Shown here: positions 18,943-27,784 of the stretch, piece by piece
How positions within the stretch are numbered: position 1 is the stretch's first letter
Layout of the letters: every line of letters begins with the position of its first letter
Source of the DNA: Planctomycetia bacterium
GTDB lineage: Bacteria; Planctomycetota; Planctomycetia; Pirellulales; UBA1268
DNA: 64,000 nt
NCBI GenBank assembly: GCA_026401075.1
Contig: JAPLNQ010000163.1
Location: 498 to 64,497 of the forward strand
Direction of reading: 5' to 3'
Made by a program: the position numbers and the translations under genes
Notes under the pieces: model-generated
The model's input: the letters and a program-made list of their open reading frames with translations, nothing else
The model's database searches: none
What the model was told of the DNA's origin: nothing

Positions 18943-19662
18943 TTAGGAACGCTCTTGGGAAGGATTGGGGGAAGGATTACGGGAAAGATTGGCTGGGACA
19001 CGGCGACGGGTCGCATCGACGGCCTGTTCGTGCCGCCACGTTGCGATCCGGCCATGGTCGCCCGACAACAGCACGTCGGGCACGCGCAGGCCGCGAAACT
19101 CACGCGGCCGGGTGTATTGGGGGCCTTCCACCAGGCGGTTGGCGCCGGAGAAGGAATCCTGACGGGCACTCTCTTCGTCGCCCAGAACGCCAGGCAGCAG
19201 GCGGGCGACCGCGTCGACGATCACCATCGCCGCCACCTCGCCACCGGAGAGCACATAGTCGCCGATGGAGATCTCATCGGGCTTGAGTGTTTCGCGGACA
19301 CGGTCGTCGAAGCCCTCGTAGCGGCCGCACACAAGCACGATCCGCGGCTTGCAGGCAAGTTCCTCGACACCGGCCTGATCCAACCGCCGCCCACCGGGAG
19401 TCAGCATCACGAGATGGCCGGGGGCATCGGCCTGCTGCTGCACGGCCTCGACGCACGACACGACCGGCCCGGGCATGAGCAGCATGCCAGGACCACCGCC
19501 ATACGGCCTGTCGTCCACCTGCCGATGCACGCCCTCGGCGAAGTCGCGGATATTCGTCAGGCAGACGTCGATCAGCCGTGAACGACGTGCCTCACCCAGC
19601 AGGCTTCCTTCGAGGAAGCCCGTGAACATCTCGGGGAACAGGGTGAGGATGTCGATGCGCAT
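18943..19662 (-). CDS. trmD: tRNA (guanine37-N1)-methyltransferase TrmD
   Basis: [13 protein letters not shown]...[13 protein letters not shown]...[12 protein letters not shown]...[11 protein letters not shown]. The start is set at ATG 19662. Confidence 0.92.
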   Translation of the reverse strand: MRIDILTLFPEMFTGFLEGSLLGEARRSRLIDVCLTNIRDFAEGVHRQVDDRPYGGGPGMLLMPGPVVSCVEAVQQQADAPGHLVMLTPGGRRLDQAGVEELACKPRIVLVCGRYEGFDDRVRETLKPDEISIGDYVLSGGEVAAMVIVDAVARLLPGVLGDEESARQDSFSGANRLVEGPQYTRPREFRGLRVPDVLLSGDHGRIATWRHEQAVDATRRRVPANLSRNPSPNPSQERS

Positions 19663-19725
19663 GGGAATGGCAGAGGCCACTGAAACGGCAGGAGAGCGAA
19701 CGGCAGATGGGGTGGGCAGGCTTGA

Positions 19726-20214
19726 TCAGGCTTGCTCTGGCTGCGATTCCCCACCGGCTTCGACCGCGGGGCTGGTGGCTTCGGCCACAGGAGCATCAGC
19801 CACCGATTCCGCGGCCGCTTCGACAGGTGCCGCAGCCTCTGCAACCGGAGCGGCCGCACCAGGCACCACCTTCGGCTCGGGCATGAACACAGGCTCGCCG
19901 GCTTCAGGCACAATCCTGGGCATGGAGAGCTTGGCGCGGGCCTGCTCCATTTCCTTCAGGTGAGTGCCGTTCTTGCCGTACTTCTTCACGAGCACACGCA
20001 CTGCATCGCTCGGCTGGGCGCCCACGCTCAGCCAGTAGGCCACGCGGTCGTTGTCGAGCAGGCACCGGGCATCGGTATCGGGAACGGACGTATCATAGGT
20101 GCCCAGCACCTCGATCACGCGGCCGTCGCGCGGGCTCCGTCGGTCGGTCGCACAGATTCTGTAGAAGGCGCGGTTCTTCCGGCCCATCCGCTTCATTCGA
20201 ATCGCCACAGCCAC
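19726..20214 (-). CDS. rpsP: 30S ribosomal protein S16 with Ala/Pro/Glu-rich C-terminal extension
   Basis: MAVAIRMKRMGRKNRAFYRICATDRRSPRDGRVIEVLGTYD... At 162 aa it is about twice the usual S16 length. Confidence 0.9.
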   Translation of the reverse strand: MAVAIRMKRMGRKNRAFYRICATDRRSPRDGRVIEVLGTYDTSVPDTDARCLLDNDRVAYWLSVGAQPSDAVRVLVKKYGKNGTHLKEMEQARAKLSMPRIVPEAGEPVFMPEPKVVPGAAAPVAEAAAPVEAAAESVADAPVAEATSPAVEAGGESQPEQA

Positions 20215-20487
20215 GGTCAGAGTCTCCTCGTAAATGATTGATCGAGCCCCTTAGCGTACCCGACCGGCGCCGGAACCCAAGCCCACCTTGCAGACCCCGG
20301 TTTTTCGGGTGTTTTTGCGGGAATCACCGCCGCCGCGAGCCGCTTCATGGTACGCACCGCCGGGACGGCAGAAGTCTCGTCGCGGTGGCTTTTTCGCCAT
20401 GAAACGCGTTGGTCGTGCTTTCCCGGGCAGGGCGAAAAATCCAAAAGCTCCTCGAGCTTCCGCCGATCCCGGCTGCCCGAATTGCCT

Positions 20488-20562
20488 TCGTGGCGGCGAG
20501 TTTTCGACTTGCTGAATGCGGCCCCGGCACCGATTGCGCAAGCTAAAAACTTGCGACCACGG
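20488..20562. repeat. Double-hairpin intergenic repeat, family 1, copy E (inverted orientation)
   Basis: tcgtggcGGCGAGTTttcGACTTGCTgaatgcggccccggcaccgattGCGCAAGCTaaaAACTTGCGaccacgg. Lies between the ffh stop and the rpsP start. Confidence 0.8.
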
Positions 20563-20622
20563 ATCCACTCCTCCGCCCTCGTCCAAGACTGCTTCGCACG
20601 AAGCGATGTTTTTTCGTGAACC

Positions 20623-22089
20623 CTACCCGCGATTCTTGCGGCGGACTTCCTTCTCGCGCTGCTTCTTCTGCTTGCGCCGCTCATCAGCGGTAAGCCGCTT
20701 GCCGGTGTCGCCCTTCGGCCTGCCGAGCCGCGCGGCGGGATTGCTCATCTGCGCCTGCAGCCGCTGCACCTCGCGGAGACGGTCCCGCATGCCCAGCCCC
20801 GCCATGCCCTTCAGCATCGCGCTCATGCCGTCGAACTGTTTGACCAGATCGCCCACCTCGTGCGGGTCGACGCCCGCCCCCACGGCGATGCGGCGGCGGC
20901 GCGACTGGTCGATCACCCGCGAGGGATTGCGCCGCTCCGACGGCGTCATCGCGTCGATGATGCCGAAGAGACGGTTGACGTCCTTGTCGAGGTCGGCGCC
21001 GGCCAGCATCTCCTGCATGCCGCCCATGCCCGGAATCATGCCCAGCACCTTGCCCAGCGGGCCGAGACGGCGGGTCTGCAGCAGCACCTTCTTGAAGTCG
21101 TCGAGCGTGAACTCGCCTGCGCGGAGCCGTTCCTCCTGCCGCTTCATCTCATCCTGATCGAACTTGCGCTGGGCCTCTTCGACGAGCGTGACGACGTCAC
21201 CCATGCCGAGGATGCGGCCCGCCATCCGCTCGGCATGGAAATCCTCGAGGGCATCGATCTGCTCGCCGGTGCCGACGAACTTGATCGGCACACCCGTCAC
21301 GCTCTTCACCGACAGGGCGGCACCGCCACGGGCGTCACCGTCGAGCTTCGTCATGATGACGCCGTCAAGTTCGAGCGCCTCGTTGAAGGCCTTGGCACTC
21401 CTCACCGCGTCCTGTCCGGTCATCGCGTCGACCACGAGATAGACCTGGTCGGGGCCCACGGTGCGATCGATCTTCGTGAGCTCCTGCATGAGCGCCTCGT
21501 CGATCGAGAGGCGGCCGGCCGTATCGAGGATGACGACGGAAATGCCCTCCTTCTGCGCGCGGGCCACGCCGGCGCGACAGACGGCTACTGGATCGGTGAC
21601 CCCGTCCGGCACGTGCACCGGCACGCCGATCTGCCCGCCGAGCACGACCAGCTGCTCGATGGCCGCCGGTCGCTGCAGGTCGGCAGCCACGAGCATCACG
21701 CCTCGTCCCTGCTCCTTGATCCGCTTCGCCAGCTTGCCGCAGGAGGTCGTCTTGCCCGAGCCCTGCAGGCCGCAAAGCATCAGGATGGTGGTCTTGCCCG
21801 GTTGCAGGTGGAGCGAGTGGTCCACCGGCCCCATGAGGTTGACCAGTTCCTGGTGCACGATGCCGACGAGCTGCTGGGCCGGATCGAGCGACTCGAGCAC
21901 CTTCGACCCCACCGCATTGTCGACCACCCGCGAGAGAAACGTCTCGACGACGTCATAGGCGACGTCCGCTTCCAGAAGCGCCGTGCGGACCCCCGAGAGC
22001 CCCTCGCGCATGTTCGCTTCGGTGAGCTTGCCGCGGCCCCGCAGGGTGTTGAGGGCGGACGTGAGCGAGGACGTGAGCGACTCAAACAT
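20623..22089 (-). CDS. ffh: Signal recognition particle protein Ffh
   Basis: Track ORF 20623..22392. The start is set at ATG 22089 ([24 protein letters not shown]). GTPase motifs [21 protein letters not shown]-domain and a basic C-terminal tail. Confidence 0.95.
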   Translation of the reverse strand: MFESLTSSLTSALNTLRGRGKLTEANMREGLSGVRTALLEADVAYDVVETFLSRVVDNAVGSKVLESLDPAQQLVGIVHQELVNLMGPVDHSLHLQPGKTTILMLCGLQGSGKTTSCGKLAKRIKEQGRGVMLVAADLQRPAAIEQLVVLGGQIGVPVHVPDGVTDPVAVCRAGVARAQKEGISVVILDTAGRLSIDEALMQELTKIDRTVGPDQVYLVVDAMTGQDAVRSAKAFNEALELDGVIMTKLDGDARGGAALSVKSVTGVPIKFVGTGEQIDALEDFHAERMAGRILGMGDVVTLVEEAQRKFDQDEMKRQEERLRAGEFTLDDFKKVLLQTRRLGPLGKVLGMIPGMGGMQEMLAGADLDKDVNRLFGIIDAMTPSERRNPSRVIDQSRRRRIAVGAGVDPHEVGDLVKQFDGMSAMLKGMAGLGMRDRLREVQRLQAQMSNPAARLGRPKGDTGKRLTADERRKQKKQREKEVRRKNRG

Positions 22090-22203
22090 GACGGCTCCGT
22101 GATGGGGAGAACGGGAGCCGGAAGTATACCGGGGGCGGAAGCATTTTCTGCTTCTGCCTTTCGGGGGCAGGCGAGTCTTGAGAACCGAGCCGGAAGGGTA
22201 GCC

Positions 22204-22275
22204 TCGTGGCCGCGAGTTTTTAACTTGCGGAATCCGTGCCAGGGCAACGGACAAGTTAAAAACTTGCCGCCACGG
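22204..22275. repeat. Double-hairpin intergenic repeat, family 1, copy F
   Basis: tcgtggCCGCGAGTTtttAACTTGCGGaatccgtgccagggcaacGGACAAGTTaaaAACTTGCCgccacgg. Lies upstream of ffh. Confidence 0.85.
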
Positions 22276-22424
22276 GGGCCAACACCTGTGGTGCCGAGCC
22301 GTCCGCCCCGCCGGTGACGAGCCGCTCGAATCGGGAGCAGGCACACTGCGTGCTGCTTGCCCGACGCTTGGCCGGCAAGAGCGGCGCATCACCGGAGAGG
22401 CGGACGATCACCGCCGTTGGTCAG

Positions 22425-22688
22425 CTAAAGGTCCCGGGCTCGACCATGACCGGCGCCGAGGACTGCCGGCCCGCATGCCGGCTCCTGCATCGGAGCCCCA
22501 CAGGCGGGCTGACAAGGCTGGGGCTGGGGCTGCGGAGCCGCACAGGGCGCTGCACCTCCCCCACAAGGCGAACGAAACTCCATGAACGACGGACGGCGGC
22601 AGCTGTTCGCGCCGCCAAGACAACTGCTGCAACCCGGAGCGGCTGCGAGGCTACCGAGGACGATCACGAGACACAGGGTACGGCACAT
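22425..22688 (-). CDS. Small Cys/Pro-rich putative lipoprotein
   Basis: Track ORF 22425..22706. ATG 22688 has GGTGGAG 9 nt upstream. MCRTLCLVIVLGSLAAAPGC is a lipoprotein-type signal. The mature part is CSSCLGG..C..C..PCAAPQPQPQPCQPAC..ACGP. GC3 is lower than in neighbouring genes, so coding status is not certain. Confidence 0.45.
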   Translation of the reverse strand: MCRTLCLVIVLGSLAAAPGCSSCLGGANSCRRPSFMEFRSPCGGGAAPCAAPQPQPQPCQPACGAPMQEPACGPAVLGAGHGRARDL

Positions 22689-23020
22689 GATTGGCATCTC
22701 CACCACCGCCTGGCCTGGAACGACCCGCGGTCGGACACGATGCGTCGTCCGCGACGACGCCTACCAAAACTTAGCTCACGATCCGCAACACGGTCGGACG
22801 GGCGAAACGATTTCTCCAAAAAATTTCCCTACCGGTCGCCGCCCGCGACAACGACCTTGCCGACGGGGCATGACCGTAGCGATTGCGCCGGCTCTTCCTT
22901 TCGACCGGCCGTGCGGTCGCCATGATTCGCAGCCTAAAAACATGATTCGCCACCCGAAAACACGTGCTACTGTTGGGAACAGTCGATGAATAGCCGCGTC
23001 GCGGCACGGCTTGGTCTTCC

Positions 23021-24031
23021 ATGCGTTCGGTGTCTGTCTTGCATCTTTTCGCTGCACTCAAACCCTACTTGGTCCTGACGGTGATTGCGGTGGCGTGCTG
23101 CTGCGCTGCGGGGGTCGAGGCGTCGCCATCGGCTGACGCCCCTATCGCGACAGACAGGGCGTCGAACGGCGACGACGATGTCTGGGTCGTCAGCACGCGA
23201 CGCCTGCCCGACATCAGCCGCCTGCCAACGAACGTGAGGTTCGGCGTGGAGCGGCTGACTGCTGATGCGACGTGCAGCCGCTGGATTCAATCAGACCTAC
23301 CAAGCCTGCTGGACGATCCGCAGCGGCCGCTGATGATCTTCATCCATGGCAATCGCTACGATTCGGCCGACGCAAAGTCGCAGGGAGTGCTCCTGGCCCG
23401 CCGGCTGGCGGCCTGCCATCCCAAAGCTTCCAACGCCCGCACGGTGATCTTCTCGTGGCCGAGTTCCCGGGAGGGCCACTTGCTTCAGGACAGTCGTGCC
23501 AAATACGAGCGATCGATGACGGAAGGACACTACCTGGCGTGGCTGCTCGGTCAGGTGGAGCCCGATCGGCCCGTGGCGATCGTGGCCTACAGCTACGGTG
23601 GTCTGATCGCTCTGGAGGCTCTCGACCATCTTGTCGGTGCCGAACGGTCGGGACGCTCCAACCTGCAGCCGTGGCTCGACCGCCCTGCGAGACTGCACCT
23701 CGTGCTCGTGGCGTCGGCGGTGCAACAAGACGCTCTGGCTCCGTGCGGCGAATACCGGAAAGTGCTCCGCTGCGTCGACCGGCTGACGCTCTTGAATAAC
23801 ACGCGGGATCAGGCGCTGCGATTCTTCGAATTCGTCGATCCCGATCTGCGGACCGAGGCACTCGGGCGCGAGCATATGCCTGCCCGCTGGTTGCCGCCGG
23901 AGATCGAGTTCGTCCAGGTCGATGCCGCGCCTGTCGTCGGCAAGAGCCACCGCTTTCCGCCCTACATGGAGTCGCCGTCGCTCCGTCAGCGGCTGGCGAC
24001 CGGAGCCCTCGACGGTCTGACGGACGACTGA
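23021..24031 (+). CDS. Secreted alpha/beta-hydrolase fold protein (DUF900-like)
   Basis: N-terminal signal or anchor (LVLTVIAVACCCAAG). LMIFIHGNRY... and VAIVAYSYGGLIALEAL (nucleophile-elbow-like A-x-S-x-G) resemble the DUF900 hydrolase family. Confidence 0.55.
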   Translation: MRSVSVLHLFAALKPYLVLTVIAVACCCAAGVEASPSADAPIATDRASNGDDDVWVVSTRRLPDISRLPTNVRFGVERLTADATCSRWIQSDLPSLLDDPQRPLMIFIHGNRYDSADAKSQGVLLARRLAACHPKASNARTVIFSWPSSREGHLLQDSRAKYERSMTEGHYLAWLLGQVEPDRPVAIVAYSYGGLIALEALDHLVGAERSGRSNLQPWLDRPARLHLVLVASAVQQDALAPCGEYRKVLRCVDRLTLLNNTRDQALRFFEFVDPDLRTEALGREHMPARWLPPEIEFVQVDAAPVVGKSHRFPPYMESPSLRQRLATGALDGLTDD

Positions 24032-24070
24032 CCAACGACCGGCTGTCTGAGCGGCTCGCTTGCACGCCGA

Positions 24071-25045
24071 CTAGGCAGTCTGGGCTGCGAACCACTCCGC
24101 CGTCAGGGCCAGGCCCGCGTCGAGCGCGATCGTCGGCTTCCAGCCGAGCAGTTCACCGGCGCGGCGGGCGTCGACGAGGTTTGACCGCAGGTCACCCGGC
24201 CGGGCTGGCCCGTGCTCCGGCGGAGGCAGCGTCGCCCGCCGACCACGACGGGTGAGGGCGTCGCCGACAGCGGTGCGAATCATCGCCTCGAGTTCGTTGA
24301 CGTCGGCTCCGAGGCCGGTGCCGATATTCAGGCTCGTGAGCGTGCCCGGCGCCACTGCAGGCAGGTCGGCCGTCAGGGCGAGCACGTTGGCGCGGGCGAC
24401 GTCAGGGCCGAAGACATAGTCGCGGACGTAGCGACCGTCGCCATTGATGCGATCGGGTTCGCCCGCCAGCAGCTTCTTGCAGAAGATCGCCACCACGCCG
24501 GCCTCGCCGTGCGGGTTCTGCCGGGGACCGTAGACATTGGAATAGCGGAGGGCGACCGTCGCCATCTGGTGCTCCTCGGCAAAGAACTTCAGATACCGTT
24601 CCCCCACCCACTTGGTGATGCCGTAGGGGCTGACCGGATTGGCTGGCGTTGATTCGGGAGCCGGCGTCGTCACTTCCCCATAGAGCACGCCGCCGCTCGA
24701 CGCGAAGACAACGCGGCGGCAGCGGTGCCTGGCCGCAGCATCGAGCACGTTGATCAATCCAATGCAGTTGACCTGGGCATCGAAGAGGGGCTCGCGGACA
24801 GACCGGCTCACCGACATCTGCGCCGCCTGATGGCAGACTGCATCGGGCCGTGCCGCCTCGAACACGCGGGCGACCGCCTGCGGATCGACGATGTCGGCGA
24901 CATGCAGCGGCACACCAGTTGGCAGGTTTTCCCGCGAGCCGGTGGAAAGGTCATCGAGTACCTCGACGCGATGTCCGGCTGCCACGAGCCCATCGACGAT
25001 GTGGCTGCCAATGAATCCGGCACCGCCGGTGACGAGGACGTTCAT
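24071..25045 (-). CDS. NAD-dependent epimerase/dehydratase (GalE-like extended SDR)
   Basis: Track ORF 24071..25375. The start is set at ATG 25045 (MNVLVTGGAGFIGSHIV). Catalytic SPYGITK (YxxxK), and ...RYSNVYGPRQ. Confidence 0.85.
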   Translation of the reverse strand: MNVLVTGGAGFIGSHIVDGLVAAGHRVEVLDDLSTGSRENLPTGVPLHVADIVDPQAVARVFEAARPDAVCHQAAQMSVSRSVREPLFDAQVNCIGLINVLDAAARHRCRRVVFASSGGVLYGEVTTPAPESTPANPVSPYGITKWVGERYLKFFAEEHQMATVALRYSNVYGPRQNPHGEAGVVAIFCKKLLAGEPDRINGDGRYVRDYVFGPDVARANVLALTADLPAVAPGTLTSLNIGTGLGADVNELEAMIRTAVGDALTRRGRRATLPPPEHGPARPGDLRSNLVDARRAGELLGWKPTIALDAGLALTAEWFAAQTA

Positions 25046-25217
25046 GAATGTGTCCGTTCCAAGCTGGCCGGAAGCCGCCGGGCCACGGGAATCGCTGGAG
25101 GGGGAATCGCCACTGAAACTGCTGCAGATGCCCGCCCCCCATCCCGGTCCTTGAAACGTTTTCATGCCGTTTGATTCCATGCCGTTTACGGTTTTTCGAT
25201 CCATCATCGGTGCGTGC

Positions 25218-25961
25218 ATGTCCGCCGCAAAGCCGCCGCGTCGGCGGGCCGGCGTTGCGGGCCGGCGTAATCGCGAAGTGTCGACGGGCCTCGAGTCACT
25301 CGAGCAACGCATGGCGCTGACGGTGGCGGCGCCATTCATCCGGCTGGCTGCGGCGAGCGACACCGGCATCAGCAAAACCGATGGCTACACACGAGTCGCA
25401 AATCCGTTGTTTACTGGCGTGGCCCCTGCCCGGTCGACTGTGTCCATCTTTGTTGACGGACAACCGCTCCCTATCACCGCCAAGGCCTCAGTCAGTGGGG
25501 TATGGAGCGTGCGGCCACAGGCAGCGCTGCCAGAGGGCCCTCACACCATCACGGGCATAGCCGTGCTGGGAGTGAAGCCCCCGATCGCACTGCGTCCGCT
25601 TTCGATGGTCATCGATACGAAGCCGCCCACCACCACTAGCCTCACGTGGAACTCGGGCTATGGATCGCAACTGACTTTCTCAGAAACCGTTTTTGGGGTT
25701 CGGGCCGCAAACCTGCGGCTCACAGGGAAGACGCAGGTTGGCCCGTTAACCAACTTGCCCATTAACGACCCCAGGGCTAGAGAATTAGTTGGGCCGATCA
25801 CGGTGTCTCAGCTCGACAACAACACGAAGTTTATTTTTCAGGAGCAGCGGACCCTCGCTTTCTCTGGAACCTACACCCTTTCTTTCGTGAAGACAGGCGT
25901 CGTGGACCAGGCCGGCAACCCGCTGGCCGCCAATGCCTCGTTCAGCTTCACAATCGACTGA
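25218..25961 (+). CDS. Secreted bacterial Ig-like domain protein with N-terminal LExLExR motif
   Basis: Track ORF 25164..25961. MSAAKPPRRRAG..STGLESLEQRMALT, then SDTGISKTDGYTRVANPLFTG (a typical start of bacterial Ig-like adhesin domains) and two Ig-like segments. Confidence 0.65.
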   Translation: MSAAKPPRRRAGVAGRRNREVSTGLESLEQRMALTVAAPFIRLAAASDTGISKTDGYTRVANPLFTGVAPARSTVSIFVDGQPLPITAKASVSGVWSVRPQAALPEGPHTITGIAVLGVKPPIALRPLSMVIDTKPPTTTSLTWNSGYGSQLTFSETVFGVRAANLRLTGKTQVGPLTNLPINDPRARELVGPITVSQLDNNTKFIFQEQRTLAFSGTYTLSFVKTGVVDQAGNPLAANASFSFTID

Positions 25962-26182
25962 CCGAGGGCCCTCGCAAGAGCATCATCGCTATCCGTAAGT
26001 CTTTTGGATACAACATCTTACGAACGATTTACAGTGTCCGAGAGCTCGGTTCCAGCCAGACTGCCAAACGGCTAATCTCCCCCGCTCCGTCAAATAATCC
26101 GTCCCACAAATTTGACCCCCACAAACCCCGTCGTATTCTACGCATCTTACCAGGGGCGTCGTCTGCCCCGAGAAATGCAGCT

Positions 26183-27043
26183 ATGAAAACCATCTCCCCA
26201 CGCACCGCACCGCGCACTGCACAGCGTGGCTTTACGCTCATCGAACTGCTCGCGGTGCTCGCCATCATCGGGACGCTGCTCGGTCTGTTGCTGCCTGCGG
26301 TCCAGCGGTCCCGAGAGGCCGGCCGGAGGATGCAGTGCGCCAACAATCTCAAGCAGATGGGCGTGGCGCTCTCCAACTACGAACAGGCCAAGAAACGGTT
26401 CCCGCCTGGCAACGATCAGCTGGGCAACCGGCTGCATGCGTGGTCGTCGTTCATCCTGCCGTTCTTGGAACAGTCGGCGGTGTCGGATCGCATCGACTAC
26501 ACGAAGCCCTGGGACGATCCGGCCGGCAACCTGTCCAAGGTGGATATCACGATCCCGACGTATGTCTGCCCCAGCGGCGTGAAACAGTTCCCGGGCAAGC
26601 AGGATTACGGCGGCATTCTCGGTGCCTACATCAAGCCCGACGGTGAGGCCCTCAATCCACTCACCACCCGTGACGAACACGGCGGCATCCTCTATGCCAC
26701 CGACGCCGACTACAAGCTGTCGGCAACCGCGGCATCGGTCTCCGACGGCCTTTCGAAGACGCTGCTCGTCGCCGAAGCGGTCGATCGCGAGACGGCTGGC
26801 GCCCCAGACGATCACGCAACCGGCGATGCCTGCTGGGCCTGTGGCAACAACTGCTTCCCGCTGAACTCCCGCGTCATCAACGACCCCAGCGTCGATGCCT
26901 TTCGAAGCCACCACGTCGGCGGTCTCAACTGCGTCTATGGCGACGGCCACATTTCGTTCCTGAGCGACCGGCTCGATGTTCGCGTGCTGATTGCCATCTG
27001 CACCCGCATCGGCGGCGAGAAGGAGACCGAGGCATCCAACTAA
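26183..27043 (+). CDS. DUF1559 domain protein with prepilin-type N-terminal segment
   Basis: [54 protein letters not shown]. 286 aa. Confidence 0.9.
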   Translation: MKTISPRTAPRTAQRGFTLIELLAVLAIIGTLLGLLLPAVQRSREAGRRMQCANNLKQMGVALSNYEQAKKRFPPGNDQLGNRLHAWSSFILPFLEQSAVSDRIDYTKPWDDPAGNLSKVDITIPTYVCPSGVKQFPGKQDYGGILGAYIKPDGEALNPLTTRDEHGGILYATDADYKLSATAASVSDGLSKTLLVAEAVDRETAGAPDDHATGDACWACGNNCFPLNSRVINDPSVDAFRSHHVGGLNCVYGDGHISFLSDRLDVRVLIAICTRIGGEKETEASN

Positions 27044-27194
27044 GGGCAACGGAGGGCAACGAACAAGCCCTCCACACCAAATCAACCGGCCGGGGCAAAC
27101 CCGGCCCACCAACATTGCGGGGCAACCCGTAGTCGGTCGTGCTGACCTCAGCACGGTCGTGATCGAGTGAATGTTTCTTCGAAGAAAGGTTCCT

Positions 27195-27581
27195 ATGATT
27201 CGTAATGCTTTTTTCGCCTTGGCGGTCGTCGCCATGGTGGCTTCGGCCAACGCCGCGTTTGCGGGTGGCCGGAGCAGCGGTAGCTCGAAGTCGAACAACC
27301 AGTACGTTCGCATCAAGAACACCGGCACCGCGCCGGCGCTCGTGAATGCGAAGAATGGTGCGGCTACGACGGCAGCAGGCGGTAAGACGGTGTCTGGCAA
27401 CGGCGTGGCTCAGTTCACGATCAAGAAGGGGGCAGCCCAGGCCTACGTTCAGAACCAGGCTGGTGCTCAGCAGAAGACGCTGGACTTCACCTTCCCGAAG
27501 AGCCAGTACGTCTACCTGTTGGCTGCGGCCGACAACACGACGAGCACGCTGACCTTCTCCCCCCAGGGGAAGATTTTCTAG
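27195..27581 (+). CDS. Small secreted hypothetical protein
   Basis: Track ORF 27171..27581. ATG 27195 follows AAAGG. MIRNAFFALAVVAMVASANA is a signal peptide with an A-x-A site. A hairpin and T-run follow the gene. Confidence 0.6.
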   Translation: MIRNAFFALAVVAMVASANAAFAGGRSSGSSKSNNQYVRIKNTGTAPALVNAKNGAATTAAGGKTVSGNGVAQFTIKKGAAQAYVQNQAGAQQKTLDFTFPKSQYVYLLAAADNTTSTLTFSPQGKIF

Positions 27582-27632
27582 TCGTCGTCCGGATCTCCAT
27601 CCGAATGCTGGCCTGAAAACAGACGAGATCAC

Positions 27633-27693
27633 GAGCCGGACAGCACGTGCGTGGGCCTTGGCCCGCCAGTGCCGTCCGGCTTGCTCGTTTTTT
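27633..27693 (+). terminator. Putative intrinsic terminator
   Basis: Long imperfect hairpin (gagccggac...gggcc ttg ggccc...gtccggctt) followed by gctcgTTTTTT, 52 nt after the stop of the small secreted protein gene. Confidence 0.5.
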
Positions 27694-27784
27694 GTAGACC
27701 TGTTTGCACACCTGTTTGTGGCCCTGCCTGTCTTCCTGACGGCCCACGTTTGTGCAGGCTGCGGTTCGTGATTAGAACCGGTGT

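Noticed and set aside
7399-22275. Whether the recurring ~70-bp repeats form a CRISPR array.
   Set aside because: Copies are kilobases apart and in both orientations, and each sits in a different intergenic region. There are no regularly spaced unique spacers and no cas genes.
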